Assembly: GCA_051294905.1 (NCBI GenBank)
Contig: CM119371.1
Span: forward strand, 17,238,001-17,302,000
Length of the DNA: 64,000 nt
Direction of reading: 5' to 3'
From: Botryllus schlosseri
Taxonomy: Eukaryota
Numbering within the stretch: position 1 is the first letter of the stretch; the number at the start of each line of letters is the position of its first letter. The notes below the pieces were generated by a model. It made no database searches. It was not told the origin of the DNA and worked only from the letters and a program-made list of their open reading frames with translations. The translations under genes and the position numbers were made by a program. Below, piece by piece: positions 12,630 through 25,559 of the stretch.

Positions 12630-13687
12630 TAGGGGTGGGGTGAACGTTGGATTCACGTTCGCGTTCTGTGGGTGAACCTCATAAATTTAGAGGTTCACGT
12701 TCACAAACAAACCTCGGTAGTTTCTGCACTGTGAACCTTTTTCATATATTACAATTTTTACTTAATATAAAATCTTTGGTTGAAATTTATTGCATTTCAA
12801 CTGCGGGCCACTATATGCATGAGTCTGGCAGCATAAAAAAGTCAACACTAAATGAGCATGCACCTTGACAATCTCAAATATTTTACTTGCCTTGTTACAA
12901 AAGTTTGCTCGAAATATACAGCTTTCCGTTTGTGAATATGTAGTGACTCTCGGCTCTGAGCTTGACCCGCAATCTCACAATATCAGGAAAGAACTACACT
13001 ACATGTAGGTAGTCAGCGGATGATGCTTATTTAACCAATCAATGAAATTGATATCGTTGTCTGATGTAAAAATCTAGCAGGCGTACTGGGTCAATCTTGA
13101 TTTCATATTTTTATTATATCATAAAAACCAAATCTGCGCGATTGGGGTGTTGGATACTGCTTTATTACTTGTTAATGGGGTAATATCGGTACCTCGCAAT
13201 TGTGTCTTATCGCATTGTACATTGCGTGTGTCTTGTTCGGATGAAAATATAACTGGACAAAAAAGTGTAGAAACCAATTTCAAACACTGCTCAATATAAA
13301 CGTAGCAATACTCAGACGCCGAATACGTTGTCCGGTCTGGCCTATAGACCGTGAAGGCATAAGCTTATATTCCCTTGCAAATACTCGTCGAACTTCCTGG
13401 AGAAGCGACATATGATCTTGATTTATGGGATTATTATATAATTTAAAAGCTCCAGTTGATACATTTGGCAACGTTTAAGGCGTCAATATGTACTTCAGTA
13501 TTGTGGCATTGTGTGGCCCGAGTCGTCGCTAGGTATCGTAGCTATCACCATACTGAAATGTAGGGTTGGAATTAGTAATATGACGTCAAGTGACGTCATG
13601 ATGTTCACTTTCGCGTTCACACAGAAACTTTCAAAAAGGTTCGCGTTCATACGAACCTGAACCTTCCAGAGGTTCATATCATCCCTA
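12630..13687. mobile_element. MITE family A
   Basis: TAGGGGTGGGGTGAAC...CATATCATCCCTA. Perfect TSD GTAAATAG. Confidence 0.9.
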
Positions 13688-14381
13688 GTAAATAGATTAG
13701 TCCGGAGTTACCCGGCAATGGACATTGACAGTTTAACGTGGGTATTTGGCGTTCAGTAAGTTCATTTCGACTAGGCACTGGAATGTGGCCGTAGGCTGCA
13801 GAAGTAATTGAATTACCGCCGTAAATTGCAGAAAAGGTTGGCCAATATCCTACTTCATTTGCTGAAGGTTGTCAGGTATCGTCTCCATTCAGTTCAAAAT
13901 AGAATGAAAAGGCTGATCATGATATTTTTGTTGCATTTGTATTTCTTCAATAAAATACTATTTCTTTTGTGGTAATTATGCCCGACCGCTAGGCTGAACA
14001 GCACAGCGTTGTGGTGACGTTGAGTTATTAAAAAGTCGTTGTTAAACCACGCTGCCTATTTTTATCACGATTTTAAAGTCGTGCGGTCTGTGGCCCGCGA
14101 CCCGTTTCGAGTTGGCGACCCCAGTTTTAGAGGACGAGACCTTGTATTTGCTCGTCACATCGTGAAAAAGGGGTCATGACATAATAAGTAGGATACTAAA
14201 ACATTTAGGAATCCTGCGCGGCCGACCTGCAATAGCTTCGCGACCCACCGGTTGGGAAGCACTGATTTCACTATGTCGAAAAGTAATGTAATGTGTTTAA
14301 CAAATGATGTCTTGTGTAAAAAAAACAAAATTTCAATTCATCACGTCCAACTCCGGTATGTAGCGGTCTTAAATCATTCAG

Positions 14382-14537
14382 ATAACCGAATTGAAAATTG
14401 TTGGGGAGCTGCAGGAAGATACTGAAACATTGTCAAAACTGCTGGCTACTTGCTCCTGCTCAGAAGATTCAAGTTCCTCTACGTTTAAAATGGGATCCGT
14501 CGAGCTGACGGATTATAATATGAAGTACGACGTTGCG
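14382..14537 (+). CDS. Phase-0 exon (ITELKIVGELQ...KYDVA)
   Basis: CATTCAG acceptor, GCG|GTGAGT donor, 52 open codons. Confidence 0.72.
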
Positions 14538-15532
14538 GTGAGTTACCTGGTTCAATTTCTGACTCCGATCATCGCATCGGCTATTCTAGCTTTGAGCCTA
14601 ACAGTGTTATCGAGTTACACCGTGCGTCCCGAGACCACGAAATACAATTTTAATCTTAGTATGGTGCGTCTTCGTCGGAATGTTTGAAACTAGGGTTACC
14701 GTACTTTGAGATACGAGGAGGTCCAGAGGTCACTTTTACAATCGTTACTCACAGACATTGAAAGGCGGTATTTATACGGAACATAGGGATCGGTCGTCGG
14801 TCATTTTTTTTTGCCGATATTAACACTTTTAGTTGTCGCATTTCGGTGTTCTTGAAATAAAGAGGACAAATCCTTCTGAAAGATGACATATGGTATCCGA
14901 AATGAAACGGAAAAGGTGCAGGCAACGACTTGTATACGCTACGCGGTCCTGTAAAAGATAATTCATTGTAACAACGTCAGTGAGTCGGTGAGGTTGGCGT
15001 AGCGACGTAGCCAGAAAAATGGAGGACAGCAATTATTCGATGAGTTCGGGTGACCTACAAAGTGTTGGTTTTAAGCATGGATCCAACACCATAAAACTAT
15101 CATCGTCCTTCATCCTCACAGAGAGATCTGCAAAACTTTCTGGGCGCAAATCGTTTCTCAGACCCCCTTATAATATAGCTCATTTCATCTCTTCCTTCGA
15201 CACATATTTACACACAGAGACTTTTCGTATCGAGCCAAGTTCGATAACGGTGTACGCTAAACCATATCATATCATGGATATCGGCTTAAAAAAGTAACAT
15301 AATCACTTATATTATTGTATTGAAAATCAGTGTGCGCATAATTTTCAAAGTTAATGAGTAAATTTGGGTATTAATATTTGTACTTGGATGTATTGCGTGT
15401 ACCAGAGATGACTCGTCACAAGATGAGAGGCAAGGCGTGTGAATATATGTTGGTATTGATTGGGCATTCTAAAGTGATACTGCAACCTGTGGCGTGACGT
15501 GTTATCGTCAAACTGCTGTATTCATTTTTCAG

Positions 15533-15727
15533 CGAAATTTTCTTGAGGTCAAGGAATTGAAGGAAAACACAATCACCGTCGTCAACGACCTCTTCAAGTT
15601 TACCAATGGAGGCGCGACTATACAAGTCCAAAATATAAACATGGAAACATTTACGAGACAAAGCGTGCGGGCACATCTTGAGAAAATAACCAAGATGCCA
15701 GAAGATGCAAATAACTGCGTATTAAAG
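15533..15727 (+). CDS. Phase-0 exon (RNFLEVKELKENTITV...NCVLK)
   Basis: TTTTTCAG acceptor, AAG|GTGAAG donor, 65 open codons. Confidence 0.62.
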
Positions 15728-16425
15728 GTGAAGACGATGAGGCTTCAGTTAAGCTTGGCGTTTCCGCCCGTCGATAAGTGTTATTCGATGAGAAAGAAAT
15801 GGCCATAATACCATTCACGATTTATCCAAGACAGCGGCATCACGATTCAAAAGTAATTCTCTTTCCCCACCATGTTGCCGTTGTTGTTTACTTTAAAAAA
15901 TATTTGTTTGCTGCCATCTAGCTATAATGCACCTTGTACAGTTGAAACTGGGTAATGCGAGCTCGATTTAGTGACCGATCACATATAAGCATTGGATATA
16001 TGAACGGTGTAATCACCCTTTTGAGCAGTGACTACGAGCCACGGCCCCTCGGTATAGCCTTCTTGCGGCTCTCATAGACCTCTAAATATGCTCCTAAATA
16101 TAATAGACGACGGATGTTGAATAATTATAGGTATATTTATAGTCAATTTCTGTATTTGAAAGCTAAACTGAGGGTTATTAGTTATGTATGAAGCCGTCGA
16201 AGGCCGCTTCCGAGAATCGGGAAAGAGAATTCTTGCGTACGCATGGATGCACACGACATGTGTTCTGCTGACCATGGACCGTTTTATATCGTCCCTGTGA
16301 AGAGTAGAATTCGACACAATTTTATTAACATCGCAATAACGGCTCATAGTTAAGTATAAATTGCAATAAGTTCAATGTTACTCAGCTTACGATCTTGTGT
16401 ATTAGGTGATGAAATGCATGAAGAG

Positions 16426-16955
16426 TAGGGTTGTTCAAAAAAAACTTTTTTCTCCAAATCTCACTCGCCTGATGACTAAACCGTCAGGTTGTCCAAGAAA
16501 ACGATGCACACAAAATTTGACTCAATTCCAACCAGTAAAGGCATTGCAATCTTTAATTGAAATTTTTTAATTTAAATAATAACAATATAAAAAAAAATTC
16601 TCAAATTTTTCTCTCAACCCCATGAAATTGTTGAGCTGTCTTCAAAGACGATGGAAAACGAATTTGAGTGAATTCCGACCAGTAGAAGCGGAACTATTTG
16701 AGTTTTTCGTTAATAATCCCCGGATCAAGGCTAATCCGAGAATTATCAACGAAAAACTCGAATAACTCCCTCTCCACAAGTTGGAATTCACTCAAATTTG
16801 TTTTGCATCGTCTTTGAAGACAGCTCAACAATTTCATGGGGTTGACTGATTGGAATTGAGTCAAATTTGGTGTGCATCGTTTTCTTGGACAACTTGACGA
16901 TTTAGTCATCAGGCGAGTGAGATTTGGAGAAAAAAGTTTTTTTTGAACAACCCTA
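16426..16955. mobile_element. Long-TIR hAT MITE (TAGGGTTGTTCAAAA ends)
   Basis: About 100-bp TIRs plus internal inverted repeats. Perfect TSD ATGAAGAG. Confidence 0.93.
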
Positions 16956-17445
16956 ATGAAGAGCTATCACAAAGTTACATAATAGTATTGCCTAATTTAC
17001 AGTAATGATCCGCATTTTTAGTTTATTCCAATGTATAGCAATCGCCAATCTGCGTATATCCATACTAAAATACCCGATGTTTAATGGCTATAAGTATGTG
17101 CGCATGTGCTTTGTGCATTTCTTGGAATTCGCTTGATAATAAGATCCAGATGTAGGCTAGCTATACCTTTAAATATTCGCTTTAAGTAGCGTACTCGAGT
17201 GTTTCCATGTGGCTCCATACGTACTCGGAGGTTTGAAATGCGGGTCCGACATCCAGAAAGGTCCGGAGCCACTGCCCTTGAGCCAAGCCGAAGCCGGATA
17301 AAACACCCTTGCTAGAGCCTTAATTAAAAATGCCACACAAATGTTTTATACAAAATAAAACAATCTGTAGTAGACTACTGAAAACTCTTGTTCGTATTCG
17401 CCTTTACTCATTACGGCTTTTATCTTTCTGTTGGTTGTTTGACAG

Positions 17446-17577
17446 GTTAAAGAATTAACATGCCCAGGGCAGACCGATGCAATAATCGAATTAGAGGAGC
17501 TAATGGCGAACAGGGACCGAATTCAAATTGACGTTTTGAAATACGGAAACGTGAAGGTTTTGCCAGAAATCCAACCG
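17446..17577 (+). CDS. Phase-0 exon (VKELTCPGQ...PEIQP)
   Basis: Pyrimidine tract plus GACAG acceptor, CCG|GTATGA donor, 44 open codons. Confidence 0.65.
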
Positions 17578-18187
17578 GTATGAATTCTGTGACCATAGCT
17601 TGAAATTATTCAAATGTATGATTGATTTTGGGTTACTTATGAATGCATGCATCACGGGATATTACTTCGGCGTAACTTAAACCTGATATTAACGAAATAG
17701 GCCTAATTCGCGAGAACCACCTCGCAGAAAATTAGATATACCTTCGCACGGAACTAATTGAGAAATATTATGACAATTTTATGACATCCTAATAAGCGTA
17801 AGAGCGTTTTAATATTTATATTTCAGAAATATATGTATCATGCAATAATGTAAAACCATGTGTAATAATACAGCTCTGTTTAACATATTCTGGCGATTTC
17901 ATCAAATCAAGTCGCCATGGGCAGATGACTTCAGATCGAAGCAATCAATGTGTCACATTATAAAACTATATTGGGCTACCTCATAAATATGTATCATGAC
18001 TTGAGGGGTGATATTCTGAACATTTGTGATTTTATATTCATTTTTCATTTCGCGAGCAATATAGTAGTAAAAGATGTCGAAATGCCGATCGGCAACATTC
18101 GCGAACTTACTCGAGCATTCTGAGTACGCTCAATTTTCGTGAACCAGCGCGGAAATGTTATCGGAAACTTGAGTGTGTTGATATTAC

Positions 18188-18569
18188 CAGGGTTGCATTT
18201 AAAACAAATGGTTGTTTAAAACAATATTTTAAACAGAAGCCTTTCAAAAAATAAAATTTCAAGTTGTAAAATCGTGCCGTAATTGTGTAAATACTTTCCA
18301 AAAACATGATGTATGAGCCTTCCGACAATTACCAACCGACTTATACGACATAAGATGGTTGGAACCGTCAAAATAGTCGGTTCAACAAGTATAGTGCGTA
18401 GATATTTCGCCAGAGGAGCTATATTTACCCTACATTTTCATTTGTCAATGTCAAGCAACCATGACGTCACGATTCGTGGCGCCATGTCTTGAAAAACATA
18501 AGAAACATGTTTTAAGCAAGGGCATTATTTTAAACATGTTTGTTTTAAATTGTTTTAAATGCAACTCTG
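18188..18569. mobile_element. hAT MITE (CAGGGTTGCATTTAAAAC TIR)
   Basis: Ends GTTTTAAATGCAACTCTG. TSD GATATTAC/GATTTTAC. Relatives near 21427-21792, 50740-51301 and 60950-61407. Confidence 0.82.
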
Positions 18570-19927
18570 GATTTTACTTTTGTTTTCCACAGCTGATGCT
18601 CGCAGTTGCGCATCTTTAGATCTGATATGGAAGCCACGTGTAGCGTGTCAATAGCCAGATACAGTATGATGCTTCATCGAAATTCAACTCGAATTCTTTC
18701 ACTCAAACCTCAAAATTGCAAACAATCCTATAAGTCCCCGCAAACCCAGTGAAATGAATAGCTTCGCCGCCTATCTACATCACATACGTGCTCTTTGTAC
18801 AGCTTATATGTTTCAAAAGTTGTGACCAAAGTGATCAACTAAACATCGTTGTATTTGAGAACTAAAAATTAAATTGCCAGTATATATCTTCGTCGTATCA
18901 TAAAGAATGAATCTACTTAGTGCTGTGACCAACAACCCAACATGCACATAATAATATATAGATAGCTCCGATTGGAGTGCATGAATTGTAAAGTTACGAA
19001 CTGGGCATAGTATTACCTATGTTCTGACGAACTGAATTCAATGTGAGCGTAGGTATGTGACACATGTTCGATTGATTTACTAGTCACACAAAACAATGAA
19101 GCAAAATACAATATACTTTTACTGGATCGCCAATCGGAGTTTTGGAATCGAGGTGTGCACATTTGGCTCAAATCATATTTGTAAGAGCCCGTACCCAATA
19201 GTTGTTGTAAAGACCTTGCTTTGATTAACTTTTTATTAGTCGAGTGGTCATCGAACGCTATTCACAAATATTTCCTATAGTTCCCATGAAGACACACCCA
19301 CTACCCAAGCTTTTTAGTATAGGCCTCAAAGCATGGGGACGCCAGACCAATAGAATTCATGAAAATATTTTGCTAGGGAAAAGGATAAGAACCACTGGCC
19401 ACTGAACCACTGAATCATCTCACCTCGTGATGACGCCGAATTAGATCTGGTTATGAGATATACCACCTATCGGAGCTCGGGATTCATGGCCCTCAATCCT
19501 AAATGAACATAGCAATCCTCAGAAATATCACTTAATGAACGGATCAATTATCAAACCGAGAACAATCAAGGCAAACGTCAGTGTTCACTAGTTGGAATAT
19601 ATATTTACACGGCAATTATTTTTGAAACGAAGTGACAACAATAATTTATCAGTGACACATCAAGTTTTCGAGCGCCGAGCGACTATCATACGCAAAGCAA
19701 TGACATAAAACTATTCATATCTTTGAATCTTTGAACATCAGTAGTCGTTACGAAGCCCCATTTATTTAATCTCTGCACGATTTATGTTAGGTGATGAACA
19801 ATCCAAAAAATGTCGTACATTGTAGAGATGAAATCAATCAATTTGTTTGACATTCAGCAAACATATTTTATCTTGTAGGTACATTACCAACAAAGATACT
19901 GCATGCATGACATACCTTCTCTTTCAG

Positions 19928-20074
19928 GGCAACTGTGTCAACAACACGTCGTTTCTCAACATGGACGAGGAGTTAACAGCATCCACGGCTTTGGTATCTC
20001 TACTTAAAAGAGGCTTTGCGAGCAATGCTCTTACAAGAGATTTTAAAATCTCTGTTGAATTCAAAAGCGATGGG
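19928..20074 (+). CDS. Candidate phase-0 exon (GNCVNNTSFL...VEFKSDG)
   Basis: CTCTTTCAG acceptor, GGG|GTAATT donor, 49 open codons. Confidence 0.45.
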
Positions 20075-21834
20075 GTAATTGTTGTGTTTGTATAAATAAA
20101 GGCTCGATCACACATAATGAAGTCAGATCAACAACTAGAGATGCGACGGAGCATTTCTTTGTATCTTTATCCTAATCATTGCGAGCGCCATTCTGGGCGA
20201 ATGACTATGTGACGATAGCGCGATGGTACCTATTTTGTTGCTCTAATTGTCTCGGTGAGATATCGATTCGTGGGAGGGCAGTTCGGGCCATGCATGTGAA
20301 TGGCGATTGTTTACGAGACAAGATCTTGCAGATGCTGCCTGACCATCGAGAGAGAGAGAGAGAGAATTCATTCGGTCCATGAACATTGATAATACACAGA
20401 TAGATAATTATAAAGCAAAGTATATATAATTTAGAACCAGGCTGTAGCGAAGGGATCTGGAGATCATCAAGTCAGCTACAGCCTGAAAGGATGGTCGTAA
20501 TATGAAGCTTATACCATAATATAACACTTTCGCAAAGCAAAAATATAACATATTCGCAATGTATCAGAAACAGATGAACATCTCTTCGAAATCGTACATT
20601 ATTCCGAATCGGTAAACTACTCCGGTGCGCAGTCAGCCAAACGCTTCACTGCCCGATCATTGTGGCCACCTCGTGGCTTTGATATTGAGAACCATACCCC
20701 GCGTTGGAATGATCGATTCAATGAGATCGTGCCTTCAATGCACGTTCGTTGCACGTTTTCGTTCTTTCATTGGCATTAAAACGCAACTTGCACGTTATCA
20801 TACCTTCCAATCTTCTACCCAGAGCATATCATCCAATAATCACCACAATAAATGTAAGAATGATGTGGTACCGATGGACCAAAAATTGCAAAATGATCTC
20901 TGGCCCTCAAATCTTCAGCCGAGAATAGCAGTTCTTTTGCTGGCTCAACACTTTCATCCAAGCCCTAGCTATCGCGGACATTTACATGAAATCCGCCTTT
21001 TCAAAAAATATTTATGAACCTTCAAAATGTATTGCCTGATTTAGCTATGGTACCATAGGCCCCCACGATATAAATATTGTAATTGGATTGAAAATAGTCC
21101 ACTCGAAGATGGTATCGAAATAAAACATATGTAGCATTATATACCTTGATACAAGCTCTGCACTTCACATTAAAAGTTATGGCTGGTTTGTTAGTATGGA
21201 AGGGGATATAGAAAAATGTATACGGCGATCCAAATTTGTTTTACACCACCAAAAACATAATTAATCCGTCACAGACCCCCTAACTCAACCAGGTCGAATT
21301 TTTCTGCTAGTGAGGAAAGATTCTGCCAGCATGCAATTGCAGACTAATTCGAATGCTGTAATCATGGGATTAACACGTACGTATTTTTGATCCGACTGTC
21401 TCCTCGGAAACAAATCTCCCCTACTTAAGGTTTGCATTTAAAACAAAAATCAATTTAACACACTTTTTATAACAAGGCCCTTGTTTCAAACTTGCTTTTT
21501 AAACCTATGACGTCACGAATATTCAATATTGACGTCATAGTGGATTGAAATTGCCAATTGAAAATATAGGGTAAATATAGCTCCTTTGACGAAATATCTA
21601 CGTACTATAGATGTTGAATCGACTATTTTGAGGGTTCCAAACATCCCATAGCATATACGTCGGCTGAATACATTGGTAGTCGTCCGTAGGCTCATACAAC
21701 ATGTTTTTGGACAGTATTCACGCAATTATGACATGATATTACAACTTAAAAAAACGCATGATTTAAACAAGCATTTGTTTTAATGCAACTTTAAATGTAC
21801 TGTTATACGCTAAATATTCCATGATGGCTTTCAG

Positions 21835-22014
21835 CATAATCACAGATATCCATTTGCCCTGCGAATTGAGAGTACCGCCAAGAGAGACAGTGATCGGGTA
21901 GCATTTGATCAAATCGTTTCTTTCATGATCAAACTCGGATGCGAAAAACTGGATTTTTCTGATATGAAACTATCATTATCGGTGCAATACATCTGTGTAA
22001 ATGAAGAGAGAAAT
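21835..22014 (+). CDS. Phase-0 exon (HNHRYPFALRIE...NEERN)
   Basis: TTTCAG acceptor, AAT|GTGAGT donor, 60 codons. First of five consecutive exons. Confidence 0.75.
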
Positions 22015-22075
22015 GTGAGTGTTTTACGTGACTAACGGATACTGAATCAATAATTCGTGATTTTATTTGTGAAAG

Positions 22076-22258
22076 GTGGAGAAAATTACACTACATCAAT
22101 CCTCACTGGGACAGGGGGTACAAGCAATCAAGTCCTTACGAGTCTTTTCAGGAACGTTGTACGCGGACATGTTGAAATCATTGTTTCAAAGATCCGATGC
22201 GCCCAGAATTGAGATCGTACCTTTAACGTTTCAACGGTACTGCACTGATCAGGGCTCG
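22076..22258 (+). CDS. Phase-0 exon (VEKITLHQ...DQGS)
   Basis: Follows a 61-bp intron. Donor TCG|GTAACT. Confidence 0.75.
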
Positions 22259-22328
22259 GTAACTGATGCTGACGTCAATATCAAATAACTCAGTAGGTTT
22301 ATCCGGTGCTACTAAATTTCTGTTTCAG

Positions 22329-22496
22329 TTGCCGAATGAATGGATCTATAAGGTGTTGGATCTCGAATGTGAGGCTTTCAAATTTTTACATGATATTCAA
22401 TCGCTATTGAAAACACCACCGGCTAGAGTTGGTCGCTGCTCATTGAATGTCACCGAGATATCATTATTGGGGAAATTGGCATCCAGCTTATCACAG
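22329..22496 (+). CDS. Phase-0 exon (LPNEWIYKVLDLE...SSLSQ)
   Basis: Follows a 70-bp intron ending TTTCAG. Donor CAG|GTTGTG. Confidence 0.72.
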
Positions 22497-22562
22497 GTTG
22501 TGGAAGTTTCCATTACAGAAATGACAACAGCCTAGAGACCTCGCATTTGTTTACAATATCAG

Positions 22563-22694
22563 ATCGACGAATTGAATCTAATTGTCGAAAACATATGGGA
22601 CTTAGGCGATTTCCATCAATTGATTCAAGGGATAACTTGGAACAAGCTCACTCTAGATCATGAATCGCTGCATCTTGTCATCGACAAGAATCAG
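22563..22694 (+). CDS. Phase-0 exon (IDELNLIVEN...DKNQ)
   Basis: Follows a 66-bp intron. Donor CAG|GTGAAT. Confidence 0.75.
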
Positions 22695-22759
22695 GTGAAT
22701 GCTTGTCGAAGTTTGGAGAACTTCGAACACGAAGGTATTATTACTTTCATATCTTGCAG

Positions 22760-22957
22760 AGTGCCGAGATTATCGTTCCGAAGATGTACATGTATGAATT
22801 TGGACGGTTGGTCGAAAGTCTGCTCCCTCTTTTAAATGAAAAATCATTCTTTCACGTGGCCAGACTCATGCTACCACGACAATCCCCGACAGAACGCAAA
22901 AAAATTTCGGAATTCTTCTTCAACGTCCGGCACAACACGAAAGCTGTTACATTGCAG
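22760..22957 (+). CDS. Phase-0 exon (SAEIIVPK...AVTLQ)
   Basis: Follows a 65-bp intron ending TTGCAG. Donor CAG|GTATAG. Confidence 0.75.
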
Positions 22958-24609
22958 GTATAGACATAATTTCTTGTGTATCAGGGTTTCTTGAAGTTTA
23001 TTGGTCGCGAAGGGTATGAATTCGGGTCCAGACTGAATCAGGACGTTATTTTAATATGTATGTAACATCAGCGGAATTTCTTGGGCGCAGTAAAAATAGA
23101 CTCCTGTGATATGTTCGTTCTTTCTGGGGACATTGTGTTTAGTAGTATAGGTAATTAGCGAGAGACACAGACAAGTGAATATGACAGTATGGCTTGTTCT
23201 TGAAAATGTGCCCACTTCTGCATTACACACGTTAGTTTGATGTTATCAAGAGATTTGTATGACATTGGTTTCTATTGAAAACTCTATACCTTGCACGGTT
23301 ATTCCTCGGGTAGAATACTGGGGGGGGGGGGGGGAGTGGGACAGTAGCTGACACGGCCCATATTTATTTTGAAGATGCACTTTTCCACTACGCCTTCTAT
23401 TCTTGGCGCAGTCAATGACATATGCATGTCAGGTACAGATGTAATTTGTTGTTCGGTATGAAATTAATGTTCAGTCAGGACGAGTATGCTGACTAAAATC
23501 ACCACATGGTAATAGGCAATAGTTTCACTAGACAAATTTGCCGATTTGTGAATATGATGATGCGATTTGGATGCCGAATTCAGAAACGGAAACGCGTTCA
23601 AATAGCTCACTTAGCCTGAATAATTTCAGAAGTTCATTATTTCATCAACTGACTAGCATTCACTTGCTCAATAACAATACAAAATTGATTCTTCCCTAGA
23701 GCGAAAGTATCACTACTAGTTTCTGAGAAGCAGGATTTGAATGCAATATGTGGAGCATTCGTGTGCTCTGTGCACTCTAAACGGGTGGGTATATACAAGC
23801 ATGAAACACGAGACAATAATATACTTTTGACTTATGTCATGATACAATACGAGTACGAGTACAAATTATGCATGCATGTGGGAACGTACGTCTACAGAGA
23901 TAAGCACGGATGTAAGTAGGATATATAACCGCGGTATAATTCAGAGTTGAGTTTAGTTCTCGTGAAACACCTTTTCGGCCATTTGGGTGTGAATTCACAC
24001 TATCTTCGCTAAGAGTGTGGTCTGCCACTTCAACTCCAAAAATTTCGTAATCTATCAGGCAAACATGCGAAAGTGGGGAGCATGTCAAATTTGCTATTTG
24101 CCACTAGATATTTTCAATAGGGCAGCTTTTCTACAAGTGCCTCCTCGAGGTCTACAGAGCAAGCACAATATAAATAGCTGCGTGTCATAAACATTATGAC
24201 CCAATGAAAATCTCTGGTTTAAGATGCTTTATAATTTTATTACGTGCCCAAATGTTGCGAAGACACACATCTACCGGTAAATGTAGCCACGTGGAATATA
24301 TACACGTACCAATATTATTGACCAAATTCATTTATAAGATTCGCGCAATTAAAAAACAAATGCACAATGGCTTTTCAAAGCATTATTATAAACGATTTTG
24401 GTAGTACTTCGTGGTAAATGACAGCATACATGGAGATATAGGCCTAAACCTTGCGTCATCGGTTACTTAATCCGACTCGTGCCTGAATCGCGTCCTACAA
24501 TACTTGACTCGCTAACGACAGGGTTTGGTTGAAGCATCTGTGTATGTTGGAGTGAGCACGTTCCCCATTGCACAGAGAGACGAAGAGTCCCGGGTAAGTA
24601 CCTCATAAG

Positions 24610-25559
24610 CAATGTTCCCACTAATCTGCGCACGTGCGCAAATCCGCAGTGCTGAAACGGTCTCTGCGCACGGAAAATCAAATTTCGCGCCCCACGCGAT
24701 TTACTTTTGTCAAATATCTTGATTATTGGGACCCTTTCCACAACAAAATAATATACGCAGGATTTATAGAAATGGGCACTTGGGCGTCGGCCATTACCGC
24801 GCCACGACATAACAAGACACATGAAGTTATGAGCTATGTAACATGCGACTCCGAGAAGTGCGACAGAACGATCAGCCGCGAGAAAACCTTGGTCGAAAAG
24901 GACTGCCTTTGTGCTGACCGAAAACTTCGATATACACACATATACGTTTATTTGTCCATAGACGCCTAAATGGCTGGCGCCTAATGTTCCTGTCCTGGCG
25001 ATACGAGTCCCACAAAACGAGAAATGCCATATCGAGGGAACATTATTTACCAGTAAAGAAATACCAATTTGAAATTGTGTACGTCTTTTGGTTTAATACG
25101 CTTGGGCGATTTCAATATCTTTTGACATAGCGGATAGGAGGTCACGAAATAGCATCATGTAATGAAGTCTGTATACCAACGGGTACGCCCGAAGATGTTT
25201 TATCATTATTTAGAGTGCCTACCTTTTTCACCTCATTCGATCAGCTCTACCGGTAAATCTGATTATGTGAGCAGAGAGAGGATAAAAAGTTGGTAGCAAG
25301 ATATATGCAATTCCCGATCATATTGACCGATTCAATCATGAATTTTTTCGCGCTTGAGGGAATACGACCACTAAACAGGGCCCAACGTACATGATAGGTA
25401 CCGGTAAAAAGCATCTAGCCCGAAGAGGGTCGACGGGGCTTCTCCCCTCAGAAGTTCGGATTATCACACTATGGGGCTTGTTTGTGCACTATTGTCCAAG
25501 GGCCTGCGCAGTGAAGTGGCGTGTTTGCGCAGACTCGCGAAGAATTAGAGGGAACATTG
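24610..25559. mobile_element. hAT MITE (CAATGTTCCC TIR) carrying a shared internal module
   Basis: CAATGTTCCCACTAA...TTAGAGGGAACATTG. TSD CTCATAAG/CTCATGAG. Confidence 0.82.

Noticed and set aside
15019..15297. Exon of the NLR-like gene
   Set aside because: It looks coding, but there is no clear phase-0 acceptor and the donor is phase 2, incompatible with neighbouring exons. Left uncalled.
20438..20485. 11-bp-arm hairpin CAGGCTGTAGC...GCTACAGCCTG
   Set aside because: No TSD, U-tract or second copy was seen, so it cannot be assigned.
23320..23334. G15 run
   Set aside because: Simple homopolymer with no supporting context.
24463..24969. Overlapping 158-aa and 111-aa ORFs
   Set aside because: They lie largely in a dispersed repeat whose other copies do not keep the frame, and show no recognisable motifs.
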